From Patescibacteria group bacterium (GTDB taxonomy: Bacteria > Patescibacteriota > Microgenomatia > UBA10105 > UBA927), in contig JAHJMO010000026.1 in the NCBI GenBank assembly GCA_018821245.1, positions 15,518-79,517 of the forward strand: a stretch of 64,000 bases of DNA. The letters run 5' to 3'. Positions 1-10,135 of this stretch are shown here, piece by piece. The notes under the pieces are model-generated. The model ran no database searches. It saw nothing but the letters and a program-made list of their open reading frames with translations, and had not been told where the DNA came from. Made by a program: the position numbers and the translations under genes. Within the stretch, counting starts at the first letter, position 1; each line of letters opens with the position of its first letter.

Positions 1-1199
1 AAATCGCAATACATGCATGGTTTACGACAACCATCATCGCATGGGTACTGTTTATCCTGACGCATAACATATCGTCGTTCATCACGTCTCCGGTCATTGT
101 GCTTTTTGGGCTTATCGCGTGCAAAAATGACAAAATAAAGCTGTTGTATCTGGTAAAAATCATTCTCCTGGTTATTTTGATTTCGTGTTTTTTTACCCTA
201 CCCGCATTCACACTCACGGATACCATCAAAATTCCGGCGCTCTTAACGAAAGAAATTGCATTACGAAAAATCTACATGATCCCCGTCATGGAACAGATAA
301 AAACGTCTTGGTCCGTCATAATGGGGCAGGACATCATCTACAAGGAATTCACGGTCGGCATACCCATCGTGGGTGCTCTATTTGCCGGATTGTTCTCTCT
401 CGTCTTTTCCCGGACAAGAAAACAGATGAATCCGTTCGTTCTGTCGGTTCTGGGGATACTCATGCTGTCGCTTTTTTTTGTTGATCCTCTATCGGATGTT
501 TTCTATGCATTCCGCCCCTTGCAATATGTCCTGTATCCCTACCGGTTTCTTTTTTTGGCAACCTTTGCCGGTAGTCTCATCGCCGGATGCCTTTTGAGAA
601 AACACCTTTTGGTTGGCATATTTTTTGTCATCGTCACCGTCATGGCAGGATATCCGTTTGCTCATCCGTACATGGACATATTTCTGTTTCCCCGATCGTT
701 CTTTTCCCAGCCACAAATGCTTGGGTTTGCGGTACCGACCCTCAAAACTATGGGGATTGCGGAATTTTTACCGGCAACGGCAGATATCAATTTTCTCGTG
801 AATGAAGAACAGAGATATCTGACACAGGGTACATTGCCGGAAAAATTTATCCTCCCTCCTGATTCCGGAAGCGTAGTGCGTAGCAGCGTCAAACAGGAAT
901 CGCTCTCTGCCACTATACAAGCTGGTCGCAATCTACGGCTTACGGTGAGTACGCTCTACTATCCCAACTGGACTGCTTCGATAGACGGAAAACACGTCCC
1001 GATATCCCATGATACTTTTGGCAGAATTACTCTCGACGTTCCCGCCGGCACTCATGATATTCGACTCCGATTCGGATATAGCACCATAGAGAAGCTCGGG
1101 TGGAGTATCAGCGCCGCCGGGATAGTACTTTTTCTGCTGTTTCTTACGTATCCGCGGATAATTCATGAAGCGATAGTTAAATGTATTAGACCCAAATAA
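1..1199 (+). CDS. Polytopic membrane protein, 5'-truncated by window edge (YfhO-like / GT-C-type C-terminal domain)
   Basis: Frame stays open from nt 3 to the stop at 1199, so the gene starts upstream of the window. Multiple hydrophobic helices; C-terminal motif YYPNW..IDGKHV..GTHDIRLRFGY resembles the C-terminal domain of YfhO-type bacterial membrane proteins. Confidence 0.45.
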   Translation, partial: IAIHAWFTTTIIAWVLFILTHNISSFITSPVIVLFGLIACKNDKIKLLYLVKIILLVILISCFFTLPAFTLTDTIKIPALLTKEIALRKIYMIPVMEQIKTSWSVIMGQDIIYKEFTVGIPIVGALFAGLFSLVFSRTRKQMNPFVLSVLGILMLSLFFVDPLSDVFYAFRPLQYVLYPYRFLFLATFAGSLIAGCLLRKHLLVGIFFVIVTVMAGYPFAHPYMDIFLFPRSFFSQPQMLGFAVPTLKTMGIAEFLPATADINFLVNEEQRYLTQGTLPEKFILPPDSGSVVRSSVKQESLSATIQAGRNLRLTVSTLYYPNWTASIDGKHVPISHDTFGRITLDVPAGTHDIRLRFGYSTIEKLGWSISAAGIVLFLLFLTYPRIIHEAIVKCIRPK

Positions 1200-1206
1200 T
1201 TAATAG

Positions 1207-3033
1207 CTAGCCATTCTGACGCTTCGCGCGAACCCGATCAACGTTAGACAAATATTGTTTGCGCAATCGGAGGTTTTTCGGTGTAATTTCCAACAGCTCA
1301 TCGTCTTCGATAAAATCCAGACACTGTTCAAGTGAAAGGGCCATCGGAGAATCCAGCTGAATAGCAATATCAGCATTAGCAGAATGGATATTGGTGAGTT
1401 TTTTGGTTTTGCAGACGTTGATGTCTATGTCTTCATGCCTATTGTTGATGCCGATAATCATGCCTTCGTAGACAGGTACTCCCGGGCCGATGAGGGCCCG
1501 TCCCCGTTCTTGAACCGTCGTCAGTGCATATCCGGAAGATTTTCCGGTTTCACTTGCGATGAGTACACCGTTGCGGAGTTTAGGGATTTTCGGTACAGAC
1601 GGGAAGTATCCCGTGAAGCGGGTGGCAAACACGCCGTTTCCGCGGGTCTTTGTTAAAATATCCCCGCGGAACCCGAGCAAATTCTTGCTGGAAATTTTGT
1701 AAAGCATTTTCGTCACGCCCGTTGCATTGGTATAAGTATCGAGAAGTTGTGCTCTGCGTTTACCGAGTTCTTCCGAAATGATTCCGACAAATTCTCTTCC
1801 AATTTCTATTATTACCTCTTCGTATGGTTCGCAGGTTTCGTTGTTGATTTTTTTGACAATAACCTCCGGTTTACCGACCTGCATTTCATATCCTTCGCGC
1901 CGCAATGTTTCCAATAGAATTGCCAGATGCAGCTCTCCTCTTCCTGAGACTGCAAAACTGCTTCCTCCTGAATTTTGTTCGATGGTGAGACCGATATTTG
2001 TTTTCTTTTCCTGGATAAGACGTTGATGCAATTGCCTGGCTGTGCCATACGTGCCTTCAAGTCCGGCAAGGGGAGATGTATTTGCAGACAGTATGATTTT
2101 AAGCGTAGGCTCTTCGAGAGTGATTTTAGGAAAGCCCGTCGGGTCCGCAGGATCCGCTATCGTTTGTCCAATACTTACATCGGATTTGCCGGTAACTGCA
2201 ACAATGTCTCCCGTCGTTCCTCTCTCAACCTCTATTCGCTTGAGGCCTTTACTTGTAAACACTTGATCTATGCGGTATTCGCCTGCTTTCTCGTTTTCGT
2301 CAAGCAGAACAACCATCTGTTTTGCCTTTATTGAGCCTTGGGAAATTTTGCCAATTGCGTATGTGCCTTTGTGCGGATCAAAGTCCAGGGATGAAACAAG
2401 CATTTTAAACGGTTTATCAGCCGCATCTGCAGGAGGGTTGGGAATATTAGCAAGAATTGCTTCAAACAGTGCGTCAAGAGATCCTTTTTGGGAAATATCA
2501 TCAGGGAGGCTGTTCCATGCCTTCCCCTGACGGCCTACTGCATACAAAACCGGAAAATCAAGATGGTCCGCGCTGTCCACAAGCCGCAAAAATAAATTTT
2601 CCGTTTCTTTGAGCACTTCCCTCGGACGTGCGTCTGACCGGTCTATTTTATTTATAACAACGATTACACGAAGGTGCGCGCGGAGAGCCTGTTCAAGTAC
2701 AAATTGCGTTTGCGGAAGCGGTCCCTCTGACGCGTCGACCACCAGAAGCGCCCCATCTGCCATGTGGATGATCCGTTCCACCTCTCCTCCGAAATCCGCG
2801 TGACCCGGCGTATCAATGATATTTATTTTCGTGTTTTTGTAGATAACTGCGGTATTTTTTGCCAAAATAGTAATACCCTTTTCCCGCTCCAGGTCATAGC
2901 TATCCAGGATGGTCGCCTGTTGCATTTGTACTTCATTATAGCGGAATGTATGGGTTTGCTTGAGCATGCCATCTACAAGGGTAGTTTTCCCGTGATCGAC
3001 GTGAGCGATGATTGCAACGTTGCGTATATTCAT
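1207..3033 (-). CDS. typA: Translational GTPase TypA/BipA
   Basis: N-terminus [20 protein letters not shown] (G1), DTPGHADF (G3), NKID (G4); EF-G-like domain order. ATG (MNIRN) at 3033 preferred over the alt-codon start at 3060. Confidence 0.9.
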   Translation of the reverse strand: MNIRNVAIIAHVDHGKTTLVDGMLKQTHTFRYNEVQMQQATILDSYDLEREKGITILAKNTAVIYKNTKINIIDTPGHADFGGEVERIIHMADGALLVVDASEGPLPQTQFVLEQALRAHLRVIVVINKIDRSDARPREVLKETENLFLRLVDSADHLDFPVLYAVGRQGKAWNSLPDDISQKGSLDALFEAILANIPNPPADAADKPFKMLVSSLDFDPHKGTYAIGKISQGSIKAKQMVVLLDENEKAGEYRIDQVFTSKGLKRIEVERGTTGDIVAVTGKSDVSIGQTIADPADPTGFPKITLEEPTLKIILSANTSPLAGLEGTYGTARQLHQRLIQEKKTNIGLTIEQNSGGSSFAVSGRGELHLAILLETLRREGYEMQVGKPEVIVKKINNETCEPYEEVIIEIGREFVGIISEELGKRRAQLLDTYTNATGVTKMLYKISSKNLLGFRGDILTKTRGNGVFATRFTGYFPSVPKIPKLRNGVLIASETGKSSGYALTTVQERGRALIGPGVPVYEGMIIGINNRHEDIDINVCKTKKLTNIHSANADIAIQLDSPMALSLEQCLDFIEDDELLEITPKNLRLRKQYLSNVDRVRAKRQNG

Positions 3034-3422
3034 GGGTACAGGTAAAAAATATGCCCGCAACTTTTCGGCGGGTTTTTATTCTCGTCCGTATTTGTTCGTG
3101 GGGATAAGATATCCAGAGAAGCAACACGCGCTTAGCGGACTATTGCAGTATATCACGGACAGCTTGGCTTGGGCAACATGTGGCGTGCAATACGCGTACA
3201 GCAACCTATAGTTATATTGACTTTTCCATTCCTTTCTGATACACTCTTTTATTAGCAGATGAAAGAAATGCATCTGCTTAATTTAGAGTAACGTTACTAG
3301 AGACGTAAGATAAAGATAGCTACATAGTACTTCGTATTTTATTGAACTTCTATCTTGTCCCTCTCCAAATAACACCCTTTTAATTTAAGCAGTTTCTTTT
3401 CTTTGATCTGCCGCCGATTTTT

Positions 3423-4607
3423 ATGAGACCACAACACAGCTTTCGACGACCATCTTATCGCCAGCATAAGCGTAGCACTTCAGGCTCCAATGGGGCGACT
3501 CTTGCTGCTATTCGTGCTTCAACCCGCGCGGTGCAAACCGGGCAGTCTACGGCGGAAGCATCGTATGTTCCCCAAAATCAGTTTCAGGATTTTGCTATCT
3601 CGCAGTTATTAAAGACTAATATTGCCGCCAAAGGGTATGCTATTCCAACCCCCATACAAGACCAGGTAATCCCTGCAATTTTGGCAGGACGCGATGTGAT
3701 TGGTATTGCAAATACCGGGACCGGCAAAACCGCAGCGTTTTTGATTCCTTTGATAGAAAAATTATCACGAGACAAAAATCAACGCGTGCTTATCGTGACA
3801 CCCACTCGTGAACTTGCGCTTCAGATAGGGGTGGAGTTACGGGATTTCTCACGAGGCCTTGGTATTCGTTGGGCTATGATCATTGGAGGCGCCGGAGTTT
3901 GGCGTCAAAAACAAGATATTCAGGCTGGCGCCCGCGTCATTATTGGGACACCGGGCAGATTGAAAGATTTGATTCGTGAACGGATTCTTTCGATGTCTCA
4001 GTTTCGGAATGTCGTATTGGATGAAGCAGACCGCATGGTGGATATAGGATTTATTCATGACGTCAGCTATTTTATTTCTCTTCTTCCTAAAGAACGCCAG
4101 TCGTTGTTTTTTTCCGCGACCGTATCAGGGAAAGTGTCCCAGATACTTGCACAGTTTGTCCGCAACCCGGTGACTATATCGGTCAAAAAACAGGATATAG
4201 CACGCGGCGTGAGCCAAAGCATCATAGAGGTAACCAATGGCAAGAAGAAAATAGAGTATCTACATGAACTTCTTATCAAAAAAGATTTTGATAAAGTACT
4301 TGTTTTTGGCCGGACGAAATGGGGAGTTGAGAAGCTCGCGGATGAACTCGTATCCCGAGGGTTTAAAGCTGCCGCTATCCATAGCAACAAGCGTCAAATC
4401 CAGCGCCAGCGCACGCTCGCGCAATTTAAAAACAATGAGATTCAGATTCTCTTAGCTACGGACGTGGCATCACGCGGTCTTGACATTAACAATGTGAGTC
4501 ATGTCATCAATTATGATCCTCCGGCTTCTTATGATGACTATATCCATCGCATCGGCCGTACCGGGAGGGCAAACAAAACCGGCATTGCTCTCACATTTAT
4601 AAGTTAA
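3423..4607 (+). CDS. DEAD-box ATP-dependent RNA helicase
   Basis: Q-motif region, Walker A TGTGKTAAF, DEAD box (VLDEAD), SAT, HRIGRTGR motif VI; Arg-rich N-terminal tail. Confidence 0.9.
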   Translation: MRPQHSFRRPSYRQHKRSTSGSNGATLAAIRASTRAVQTGQSTAEASYVPQNQFQDFAISQLLKTNIAAKGYAIPTPIQDQVIPAILAGRDVIGIANTGTGKTAAFLIPLIEKLSRDKNQRVLIVTPTRELALQIGVELRDFSRGLGIRWAMIIGGAGVWRQKQDIQAGARVIIGTPGRLKDLIRERILSMSQFRNVVLDEADRMVDIGFIHDVSYFISLLPKERQSLFFSATVSGKVSQILAQFVRNPVTISVKKQDIARGVSQSIIEVTNGKKKIEYLHELLIKKDFDKVLVFGRTKWGVEKLADELVSRGFKAAAIHSNKRQIQRQRTLAQFKNNEIQILLATDVASRGLDINNVSHVINYDPPASYDDYIHRIGRTGRANKTGIALTFIS

Positions 4608-5059
4608 TGGCTCTTTGTTTGTGGTGATTGTTGCTTGTGGTCTTCTGTTGCGCGAATAACCCGCTCACCGACAATAATATCGTGTCTCGTTTGTTCAGTG
4701 AGGTTTAGTTTGGAAAGTTTCGCGAGCGGAAACCAGCAAACATGCTTGCCTTTATACCGTGAAGATTCTGTGGAATCTGGTATATCAACATAAAAAATAT
4801 AATGATCACCGAGCGTCGTATGAACGTAGTCGTATACCGGCAGAATAAAGTCCGCACGCAGTGTAATTCCCAGGATTTTTGATACAGAACGCTGAAAGAC
4901 CGTTCGGGGATCTTCTCCCTTTCGGCTTTTTCCACGAAAGAGCGTCAGAGGTGAGGTACCATCCTCGGTGAGTTGTTGCAAGAGAATTTGCTGGGAAGGC
5001 GAATGGTAAAGAAATCCGCTTGCATAAAATGTTTTATGCACGATCCCATCATACCACAA
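4604..5059 (-). CDS. Nudix-fold protein with degenerate Nudix box
   Basis: G-x5-E-x7-R spacing (GKSRKGEDPRTVFQRSVSKILGI) matches Nudix box geometry, but the REUxEE glutamates are replaced by R-S-V-S-K, so it is probably non-catalytic or divergent. Confidence 0.35.
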   Translation of the reverse strand: MWYDGIVHKTFYASGFLYHSPSQQILLQQLTEDGTSPLTLFRGKSRKGEDPRTVFQRSVSKILGITLRADFILPVYDYVHTTLGDHYIFYVDIPDSTESSRYKGKHVCWFPLAKLSKLNLTEQTRHDIIVGERVIRATEDHKQQSPQTKSH

Positions 5060-5292
5060 CTGGAGAGTAATTGTTACTACCTGACGACAATTTAAGTTCT
5101 AATAGCTATTGCACCACCCGGCAGGACATAATGCAGGGCATGAAATAACTAAAATCACTTAGCTTTGCGAAGCACACCGTCTCCCTCCGGGGGCCCGCCA
5201 GAGGACGGGTAAACGGGCAGGCAACAAGCGAGCAATTTCTACGGATTTCTATGAATTTCTTCGGATTTTGAAGCATCTGATATACTTGTGTT

Positions 5293-5949
5293 GTGGATAC
5301 TATAGCACGGGTAGGATTAATTGCCTTCATACTATATCTTCCGGTTTTTCTCATGCTGTTATTTCTTGCCGTGAAAAGATATAAAGAGTATTCATTCACC
5401 TCTTTATGGATGAGTAATCTTGGGGATACACGACATCAGAGTAGCTTTTTATTTAACTCAGGCTTTCTCCTCTACGGGCTGCTTAGCCTCTTTTTTGTCA
5501 ATGGATTGTCGAGAATCCTTCCGAACATGCTCATCCCGACTGTCGCTATTTTATTTTTATACATATGTTCTTTCTCAACTATCGTTGCTAGCCTTATTCC
5601 TATGAATAAAAACTTAAATGTCCATCACAAGTTTTCAAACATGGTGTTTATGAGTATAACTGCATTCTCCGCGTTACTTATTTATCCTATTTCCGTTTCT
5701 AATATAATATCTCGCTATTTCTTGGTACTAAACGTTATTTTAATTGTATTATCAGTTGTTCTCTCTGTCTCTTTTGCAAGATTAGTAAAAAAAACAGGAA
5801 AGATTCCGATAAGTCTTTTTGAAATAAGAAAAACAGAAAAATGCTTTATCGTGCGTAACGCAGCAGTACAGGAGTGGATATTTTTTCTTGTAGTAATTGT
5901 TTGGAATTTTGTTATGAGCCTTATAATCTTGCAGAATTTACATATTTGA
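5293..5949 (+). CDS. Hypothetical polytopic membrane protein
   Basis: 218 aa, about 6 hydrophobic helices, AT-rich codons (about 33% GC); no recognisable motif. Confidence 0.4.
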   Translation: MDTIARVGLIAFILYLPVFLMLLFLAVKRYKEYSFTSLWMSNLGDTRHQSSFLFNSGFLLYGLLSLFFVNGLSRILPNMLIPTVAILFLYICSFSTIVASLIPMNKNLNVHHKFSNMVFMSITAFSALLIYPISVSNIISRYFLVLNVILIVLSVVLSVSFARLVKKTGKIPISLFEIRKTEKCFIVRNAAVQEWIFFLVVIVWNFVMSLIILQNLHI

Positions 5950-5975
5950 TTTCATTTCTGGGGGGTGTTCAAGCC

Positions 5976-6944
5976 ATGAAACCAAAACATAAGATAACCA
6001 GAGCAGTACAGCCAACAGCGCCGTTTAATTTTGATGCCACGTTTCATAAACCCGCACATTTTCCGTCGGGTGATAATTACTGGGAATCTGGTGTCAGGTG
6101 GCAAACCTTTCGTTTTCTTGGAAAAGATTTGGGGGTGGTATTCAAAAATGCTGGTTCTGTTGATAAGCCAAAGATTAATATAGAGATTTACTCTGCTGAA
6201 CGACTGTCTGAAGAGTCTATTGAATGGTTCATCAATGAGGTTACATTCAGATATAACCTAGATCTGGATCTTGATGATTTCTATAAACGCTTTGCTGGTG
6301 ATAAATTTGTGGGGCCGGTAATCAAAAGGATTCGTGGCATGCGTCCCGGTCATCAGGACTCCCTTTACGAGTATCTCATCATCGGCATTGTTTTACAAAA
6401 CTGCACTGTTCTCCGATCAATCCAAATGATGCAGGTTTTGTTTGAAAAATACGGCACCCTGCTTGAGTTTGATGGTAAAAAACTGTGGTGTTTTTGGGAG
6501 CCAGGGAGCCTAAAGAGTGTCACCGAGGACGAACTACGAGCGTTAAAGGTGGGTTATCGTGCTAAATCGATAAAAAGGACCGATGATTACTTTGCTCAAG
6601 GGCTTACCGACGAAATGGAGTTGCGTAAAAAAGGTAGGGATATTCAAACGAAGGAATTGTTAAAACTTTACGGAGTTGGACCCGCTACCGTTTGGTATCT
6701 CCTGTTTGATGTATTTCATCACTGGGATTTTTTTAATCATATTTCCCCCTGGGAGCAAAAGATTTACACGAAGCTGTTTTTTGACAAAGATCCTGAAGCC
6801 CCCGTCCCTGTTAAAAAACTCCTGAAACATTTTGAAAAGTTTGGGGATTATAAACAACTTGCCGTTCACTACATCTGGGAAGATTTGTGGTGGAAACGCA
6901 AGGACGAGCACATTCCGTGGTTAGAAAAATTGATTAGAATATGA
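5976..6944 (+). CDS. HhH-GPD superfamily DNA glycosylase (AlkA/3-methyladenine glycosylase-like)
   Basis: Helix-hairpin-helix segment LLKLYGVGPATVWYLL followed by a conserved Asp region; N-terminal AlkA-like domain. ATG at 5976 with a G-rich SD avoids overlap with the upstream gene. Confidence 0.55.
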   Translation: MKPKHKITRAVQPTAPFNFDATFHKPAHFPSGDNYWESGVRWQTFRFLGKDLGVVFKNAGSVDKPKINIEIYSAERLSEESIEWFINEVTFRYNLDLDLDDFYKRFAGDKFVGPVIKRIRGMRPGHQDSLYEYLIIGIVLQNCTVLRSIQMMQVLFEKYGTLLEFDGKKLWCFWEPGSLKSVTEDELRALKVGYRAKSIKRTDDYFAQGLTDEMELRKKGRDIQTKELLKLYGVGPATVWYLLFDVFHHWDFFNHISPWEQKIYTKLFFDKDPEAPVPVKKLLKHFEKFGDYKQLAVHYIWEDLWWKRKDEHIPWLEKLIRI

Positions 6945-7112
6945 AAATAAATCTCAACTCACTTTTCAAGTATTCCACCTCCAAGGTGGTAAAATAGTAA
7001 CCAGATAATAGGTTCGAACACAGTCCATTGGGCGGAGTAAGTACTTTTTAGCCCGTTCTGACGGGCTATTTTATTAACTTCCTTACAGAAGTAGTATAAT
7101 AACTTCAGGTTT

Positions 7113-8597
7113 ATGTTGGAAAATAAAGATCAACTGATAAAAACGGCACAGAAAAATGTCGTGAAGTTTGGCCAATACGACGTGGCTAAATCACCACTTT
7201 TGTCTGATGCGCTTGTGTTAGCGCAAAGTCAACCAGAACAAATTCTTCGTACATTTGCCACGTATCACATGGTCATTCAGGACCTTTTTAAGTTAAATTC
7301 TGGTGAATTAGATCTTATTAGCCGGGTTAATAAGAAGCTTGGAAAAACGCGTGGCGCAAACGAGTTTATTGAGCGCATGAAACCATACGAGACAGAAATT
7401 TTACATATTGTCCGTCATGCTGGAGATACCCGAAATAAGCTAAATCAACAAGGGGTAAATGAACTTGCGACTATGATGGGAACCGCAGAGCAATTAAAAC
7501 GAACAGAACCAAACTGGAAACCAATCGACGGTGACCCTCGATCAGATAATGTAATATGGGGTTTTGTAAATGGCGCAACTGACCCACAAACTAATATAGA
7601 TTTTGCCATCTGCCATGGCATCGAACGGATATTAACTCAACACTTTCGGAATAATCGTGGTCTTGAATATACCAAACACAAAGATTGGTTACTTTTGGCT
7701 TTAAATGACGTTGTTGCACTCCGTGGCTCAAAAGGAAAATACCCGGAGGCAGGAATATTACCTCGATGGAGCCAGAAGCGACCTGGTGGATTGGGGTGGA
7801 TCAGTCAGCCAAGACTTGATGCATACAAAGCAGATATTAGATATGGGCGTGAGTTTGGGAAAGGCACTCTCTTAGGTGATAAGGGTGATGATTTTTTCCA
7901 AAAACCAATTGAACAGCAGGTTAAAGAAATGGGCTGGTCCCATGCCTGTCCTGTAGTTGACGAAGTAATCAAACATTACGGCGACCAATGGGTTAAAACC
8001 CATACTGAAGCCTCACCAACAGATATTCGTCAAGGAGGAGCTGAATTAGCAAGAGGACGATATGCTGAATGCAACTTTGTTTTTGGATTAATTGCTGATA
8101 CCGCTAGGGAACTAAACAAACCGCTTTACGAAAAATTAACCCGACCAGTTACAAGATTAGAAAACGAACCGGATGGCGATCACGGGTTAGAATTTGTTCC
8201 CGGTTCTCACCTAAGACAAATGTCACCAATGTCAACGCCAATAGGATATGCTTTGCCACGAGTTGTGATTGAACAAATGGGAAGGGGAGAAAAAAACATT
8301 AATAGAACTCCGGAACGAATGCATAAAGCTTTGGAAGTTATAGAAGAGGTTGTTAAAGATAGCAAAACTCCAATTGAATTAACAATCAGGTTGTCCGAAG
8401 AAGTTTCCCAAATGGACGCCGACCCTAAAAATGTTTTATATCTTTTGCTTTCCGCCGATATTCTCGGGGAAGAAAATTGTGTGACGATGTTCAGGGATAT
8501 GGTAGCTGAGATGAGAAAATCAGCTCCGACTCTAACCAGAGTCTATGATGAAATGTCCTCTGCAGAAAAACAGGATTTGGGTGTCGTTGATTTCTAA
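7113..8597 (+). CDS. Hypothetical protein (494 aa, soluble, no recognisable domain)
   Basis: Long uninterrupted ORF, about 40% GC, no TM segments, no motif I can name; sits in a low-GC island upstream of a HIT protein. Confidence 0.5.
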   Translation: MLENKDQLIKTAQKNVVKFGQYDVAKSPLLSDALVLAQSQPEQILRTFATYHMVIQDLFKLNSGELDLISRVNKKLGKTRGANEFIERMKPYETEILHIVRHAGDTRNKLNQQGVNELATMMGTAEQLKRTEPNWKPIDGDPRSDNVIWGFVNGATDPQTNIDFAICHGIERILTQHFRNNRGLEYTKHKDWLLLALNDVVALRGSKGKYPEAGILPRWSQKRPGGLGWISQPRLDAYKADIRYGREFGKGTLLGDKGDDFFQKPIEQQVKEMGWSHACPVVDEVIKHYGDQWVKTHTEASPTDIRQGGAELARGRYAECNFVFGLIADTARELNKPLYEKLTRPVTRLENEPDGDHGLEFVPGSHLRQMSPMSTPIGYALPRVVIEQMGRGEKNINRTPERMHKALEVIEEVVKDSKTPIELTIRLSEEVSQMDADPKNVLYLLLSADILGEENCVTMFRDMVAEMRKSAPTLTRVYDEMSSAEKQDLGVVDF

Positions 8598-8771
8598 CAA
8601 TAAACATAGAAGGTTCGAACATCGTCGTTTCGTCCGCCGTAGCTTTTAGCGGAGGAGACCATTGCTCGGAGCAATGATAGTTTAGAGCGTATTGACAAGC
8701 TAAATTAACTACTATTACATCAGTATTTAAGTCTTACGATTCCATTGTATTAGTTCTGATATAATTTAGTC

Positions 8772-9404
8772 ATGGATGATTTTACTGAGGAGAATCTAAA
8801 AAATAACTGTCCACATTGCGATCCCAACTCATTCGCACTGAAGTATCCGCTGGAAAAAACCAGTAAATTTTGGATTGTTTGTGATGTCCATCCTTTAACT
8901 GAAGGACATATTTTAATCATTCCAAAGAAGCACTTGAGTTGTATTGGTGAATACCAAGAAAATGATTATTCAGAATTTCTTTCTTTGTTTAATAAGTATT
9001 CAGACTTTATAAGAAAAACATATGGTTATGTTAGTACATTTGAACATGGCAAGATTGGTCAGACTGTATTTCATTCTCATGTCCACCTGTTACCATTTAA
9101 AGGTTCTTCCATAGAAATAATTCCAGAAGGATTAAATAATCTTGCTTTATTTAGTGATTTTTCTCATTTAAAAGATGTATTTCGTAAAGAAGGAAAATAT
9201 TTATATTTTTCAATTGGTGATAAAAAATGGGTTGTTAATACAGGTTTAGGATCTCCAAGATTCTTCAGGGACAGATTTGCAAAAGCCATTGGAAATCCCT
9301 TGCGGGGTGATTGGAAAAAGATGAGCCAAAATAGCAAATTAATGATGGAAGCCGAGCGAGATATTCAAGATCTTCGTGACAAATGGAATTCCTTTAAGAA
9401 GTGA
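8772..9404 (+). CDS. HIT (histidine triad) family nucleotide hydrolase/transferase with C-terminal extension
   Basis: GHILIIPKKH plus histidine triad HSHVHLLPF; about 100 aa C-terminal extension; very AT-rich (about 33% GC). Confidence 0.7.
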   Translation: MDDFTEENLKNNCPHCDPNSFALKYPLEKTSKFWIVCDVHPLTEGHILIIPKKHLSCIGEYQENDYSEFLSLFNKYSDFIRKTYGYVSTFEHGKIGQTVFHSHVHLLPFKGSSIEIIPEGLNNLALFSDFSHLKDVFRKEGKYLYFSIGDKKWVVNTGLGSPRFFRDRFAKAIGNPLRGDWKKMSQNSKLMMEAERDIQDLRDKWNSFKK

Positions 9405-9644
9405 GGTTATTAGTAGGGGACGGTTCTCTTTTAGCCTCATTTTTAGGTGTAAACCTAAAACACCCTCCAGGTGGAAAACACCAGTCAACACAAAGTCAAT
9501 TTTTCAACACACTCATTACATGGTGTAGCCTGAATTCTAATTGTTTACATATATCTGTTTTTCGGGGACGGGGATCAAGCTCCATCTCAATAATTTCTTT
9601 TAGGGAGAAGAATTTATCGATTTGCTTTATAATAATAATAACAA

Positions 9645-10121
9645 ATGAAACATTCCCTTAAAACCGGATTGAGCTTTGGTTTGACGTCTGCTACCATTAC
9701 TACCTTGGGTCTGATGGTAGGATTGTATTCTGGCACGCATTCCAAAGCAGCAGTGCTCGGTGGTATTTTTACGATTGCAGTCGCGGACGCTTTTTCCGAT
9801 GCATTAGGAATTCATATTTCCGAAGAATCGGAAAACATCCATAGCCCCCGGGAAATCTGGGAATCTACTTTTTCCACTTTCTTTTCCAAATTTTTTTTCG
9901 CTTTAACCTTTGCCGTGCCGTTATTGACGCTGTCTCTCCCTACTGCAATCACTGTTAGTGTCGTTTGGGGGTTGACACTGCTTACTGTATTTAGCGTGTA
10001 TTTAGCTAAGCTGCAAAAAATAAATCCCAAGGGAGTAGTGCTGGAACATTTGATTATCGGTATTGCTGTAATCGTGGTCTCTCGATTTATTGGTATGGGA
10101 GTGGCTAAAACTTTCGGTTGA
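9645..10121 (+). CDS. VIT1/CCC1-like small membrane protein
   Basis: GLSFGLTSA...GGIFTIAVADAFSDALG resembles the C-terminal TM domain of the VIT1/CCC1 iron/manganese transporter family; 158 aa, 4-5 TM helices. Confidence 0.4.
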   Translation: MKHSLKTGLSFGLTSATITTLGLMVGLYSGTHSKAAVLGGIFTIAVADAFSDALGIHISEESENIHSPREIWESTFSTFFSKFFFALTFAVPLLTLSLPTAITVSVVWGLTLLTVFSVYLAKLQKINPKGVVLEHLIIGIAVIVVSRFIGMGVAKTFG

Positions 10122-10135
10122 TTTTTCGTTTGGAT

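Noticed and set aside
185-3211. Numerous 60-120 aa ORFs in the track nested inside or antisense to typA, PBPs, guaA, groEL etc.
   Set aside because: They lie in alternative frames of clearly homologous larger genes, lack RBS and motifs, and are typical of GC-rich antisense frames; treated as spurious.
5106-5399. 97-aa minus-strand ORF in the 5060-5292 intergenic region; GC-rich segment CACCGTCTCCCTCCGGGGGCCCGCCAGAGGACGGG as a possible small RNA (SRP/RNase P fragment)
   Set aside because: ORF overlaps the promoter/start of the 5293 gene and has no coding signal. The GC-rich segment lacks SRP domain IV or RNase P conserved motifs.
7009-8622. 11-bp direct repeat AGGTTCGAACA found 65 nt after the stop of the HhH-GPD gene and again about 14 nt after the stop of the 494-aa gene (target-site duplication or tRNA-like T-arm GGTTCGAA?)
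   Set aside because: An exact 11-mer recurring once in 64 kb is expected by chance many times over. Neither copy folds into a tRNA T-arm or acceptor context. No inverted repeats or recombinase accompany them.
9405-9644. Hairpin TTTTAGGTGTAAACCTAAAA and repeated GGGGACGG in the 240-bp gap after the HIT gene as a possible ncRNA
   Set aside because: Likely just the terminator region of the island; no conserved ncRNA signature recognisable and no supporting covariation available.
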